Shown piece by piece: positions 14,075 through 16,363 of a DNA stretch of 16,363 nt. The notes below the pieces were generated by a model. It did no database searches. It saw only the letters and a list, made by a program, of their open reading frames with translations, and was not told the DNA's origin. The stretch is from a candidate division WOR-3 bacterium. Lineage in GTDB: Bacteria; Hydrothermota; Tepidihabitantia; SM23-42; JAOAFX01. Both the position numbers and the translations under genes were made by a program. The first letter of the stretch is position 1; each line of letters begins with the position of its first letter. The stretch lies in assembly GCA_039802265.1 (NCBI GenBank), contig JBDRWI010000051.1:1-16363 (forward strand). The letters run 5' to 3'.

Positions 14075-16114
14075 ATGCAGCAGTCTCCAGCCTTGGAATT
14101 CTTAAAAGAACTTGCGGTCGGATTTAAATCCGCCAAATCATATCCCCCGGGTCATCCGGTAATGGAAAAGGTCGTAGCCACCACCATGGCCCAGCTTGTC
14201 AGGGTCTATAACGAAATTCCGGAGTTTTCCTTCTATTTTTTGGAAAAGACTGTAATCTTCCAGGATACAAGAATTGATATCTCAAAGAATTTGGCCATCC
14301 TTTCATTCCTTGAGGCATTAAAGAAAAATGATATTGAAAGTCTGACCTTTCTCGCCGGCGCAACCAACGAAGATTTAAAGAATCTCTATGAAGTGATGAG
14401 CAGCTCCAGGACGAGGATAAAAGAATATGGTGATGCGGCAACTATGCTACAATCAAAGGGAACCCAGAGAATCAAGATAAATGCAGTGAAGTTTGGGGTT
14501 CAAACCGGAGCCACAGTCCAGGTTGCTACCGAGAAAAAACAGGAAACCTCACCAATTGTGCAGGCTGAGCTTGTTGCGGCAATACGCAGTCTGAAGGAAC
14601 TCGTAGAAAGGGGAGTTGAAATAACTGAAATAAAAGACAGGTTTAACTGGCTTGCCGAAAAATTGGAATCCACCCCGGAGGATTTAAAGAAATCTTATGG
14701 CGAGGCGGTGACGAAGATTTTAGAACAGATTCCATCTGAGCATCGGATTGAGCTGTTAAGGGAAGTTGAATTGAAGCCACTGGTTCTGCGTTTGCTTTCA
14801 ACTTTGAGCGATGAAACATTGCTCCGACTGATTCTTGCCCGTTCCACAAATCAGGTGGATATTGGTAAGATTATTGGTTCTTTAAGTGATGAACGACTAT
14901 CAAAAATTCTGCCTGACCTGAAGGAAAAAATACCCAATATCTATGAATATCTGGCAAAGGTTGGGATTTTATTGAGTGAGAAGGTAACTTCCCTCTTCTC
15001 CAAAGAGGATTTGCGTATCTCAATGAAGCCATACTACACTATGCTGGATTCACAGAACATTCATCTGCGAGAACAGGGAATGAGGTCTTTGATAATGCTC
15101 GGTGAGCGATTTTTAAGGCAGGGTCAACTTGAAATGGTTGAAGAAATTGTTAACCGACTGGCGATCGCCTTGGAGCAGGAGTCGGTTGAGGAAGTGGTAC
15201 TACATCTTGTTGAACCACTTCTTAATTTTTATAAGGTGGCCCGGGATTTAAATCAGGGGAAAATATGTAAGGCAATCCTTGACCCGTTCAATAGAATATT
15301 GGGCAGATCTGGACTTTCCACCCAATTTAAAAGGACGGTTGTAAAATTCCTTGGCGAAACCGGTGAACCAGCGGTACTCCCGGTATTATTTTCTTTCTTG
15401 TGGGAGACCGGGATTTACCCAGATGTTCGTTCAGCAATCATAAAATTTGGCAAACAGGCCGTTTCTGAAGCACTTTTGACCTTAAAAGAGGCTGAGGATT
15501 ATTCCTTGAGGATGAAACTTGTGGACATCTTGAAGAATATCGGAAAAGAAGCAATTGATATTTTAATAAAGAGTATTGATGCCCCGGAATGGTTTTTGAG
15601 GAGAAACATTGTAGCAGTCCTGGGTGATATTGGAGAAAATCGGGTTGCACCTGAACTGATTACTTTACTCAATGACCCGGATGACCGGGTGCGGGTGGAA
15701 CTGGTAAAGACATTCTGTAAATTACAGTATCTTGAAGGAATTGAGAAGGCGTTGACGGACAAGTCAATGGAGGTAAAGACCGAGGCGTTAAAGGGGCTAA
15801 AAAAGACAATCAGCCGGGAAAAGATTATAGAACTGCTTCCCCTTTTAAAGGAAAAGAATGACAATCTCCATATCGAATTATTAAGGATAATTGGTGAAAA
15901 GAGAGTAAATGAATCCGCCCCGGAGATTGGAAATTTTCTGCTCTCTTTGGCAGGCCGTGATGATTCACAGGCCCAGACGATAAAGGAATTGGGTATTGCC
16001 ACACTTTTAAAGTTAGATATTCCGGAGGTAAAAGAAATCCTTGAAAATCTTACTACCAGCAAGGATAAATACATAGTAAGCCTTGCTCGTGAGGCACTGA
16101 AACGCTGGCAATAA
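14075..16114 (+). CDS. HEAT-repeat domain protein with an uncharacterised N-terminal YPxGHP domain
   Basis: 679 aa, helical and rich in L/E/K. C-terminal HEAT units such as WFLRRNIVAVLGDIG, LLNDPDDRVRVELVKTF, LTDKSMEVKTEALKGL and IVSLAREAL. No catalytic motif seen. Confidence 0.85.
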   Translation: MQQSPALEFLKELAVGFKSAKSYPPGHPVMEKVVATTMAQLVRVYNEIPEFSFYFLEKTVIFQDTRIDISKNLAILSFLEALKKNDIESLTFLAGATNEDLKNLYEVMSSSRTRIKEYGDAATMLQSKGTQRIKINAVKFGVQTGATVQVATEKKQETSPIVQAELVAAIRSLKELVERGVEITEIKDRFNWLAEKLESTPEDLKKSYGEAVTKILEQIPSEHRIELLREVELKPLVLRLLSTLSDETLLRLILARSTNQVDIGKIIGSLSDERLSKILPDLKEKIPNIYEYLAKVGILLSEKVTSLFSKEDLRISMKPYYTMLDSQNIHLREQGMRSLIMLGERFLRQGQLEMVEEIVNRLAIALEQESVEEVVLHLVEPLLNFYKVARDLNQGKICKAILDPFNRILGRSGLSTQFKRTVVKFLGETGEPAVLPVLFSFLWETGIYPDVRSAIIKFGKQAVSEALLTLKEAEDYSLRMKLVDILKNIGKEAIDILIKSIDAPEWFLRRNIVAVLGDIGENRVAPELITLLNDPDDRVRVELVKTFCKLQYLEGIEKALTDKSMEVKTEALKGLKKTISREKIIELLPLLKEKNDNLHIELLRIIGEKRVNESAPEIGNFLLSLAGRDDSQAQTIKELGIATLLKLDIPEVKEILENLTTSKDKYIVSLAREALKRWQ

Positions 16115-16363
16115 AATAGAATCATGAACTGAAAGGTTAATGATTGGCTAAGAAATTCTTTGTTATTGTTGCAATAGTCTATTTTGTTTTTTCAGGGCTT
16201 GGTTTTTTTCAAAAGAATATCACAGGCAAGTTTCTCTATTTTTTTATCGGGATAATTATTTTTTATTATCTATTCTATTTTTTGAAAATTAGAATTGACT
16301 TTTTCCACACACTGACCCTGAATATCATCTCTAATTTATCGGTACAACTTTCCGGAGGACAGT

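Noticed and set aside
15499..16125. 208-aa antisense ORF, and the other short ORF-track entries overlapping called genes (e.g. 4010-4207, 5135-5476, 8354-8722, 9148-9351, 12120-12572)
   Set aside because: They lie antisense or out of frame to well-supported genes, have S/F/I-rich shadow composition and show no family motifs.
16331..16363. Possible 3' end of a minus-strand gene entering from the right edge (TVLRKVVPIN* or LSSGKLYR*)
   Set aside because: Too short to choose a frame or assign a product.

Overview
Bacterial chromosomal window, AT-rich and densely coding. The gene style and a T9SS-like C-terminal domain suggest an FCB-related candidate phylum such as WOR-3; this is inference only. 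On the + strand are a lysine 6-dehydrogenase/saccharopine dehydrogenase-family gene (left) and a HEAT-repeat protein (right). On the - strand are four units: folK-deoxynucleoside kinase-panB-PAS/HD-GYP-queF; an aldehyde dehydrogenase; bactofilin-MBL hydrolase-DUF2582 wHTH-purQ-[2Fe-2S] protein-FAD oxidoreductase; and a secreted LVIVD beta-propeller protein. I found no tRNA, rRNA, CRISPR array or transposase. The most notable signal is regulatory. All six predicted transcription units have a sigma70-like promoter with a 16-bp spacer, and in four of them the -10 box ends 5-8 nt before the ATG, which suggests leaderless mRNAs. The LVIVD gene has a 7+7 blade pattern and a 91-bp perfectly identical tract in adjacent blades, consistent with recent gene conversion.
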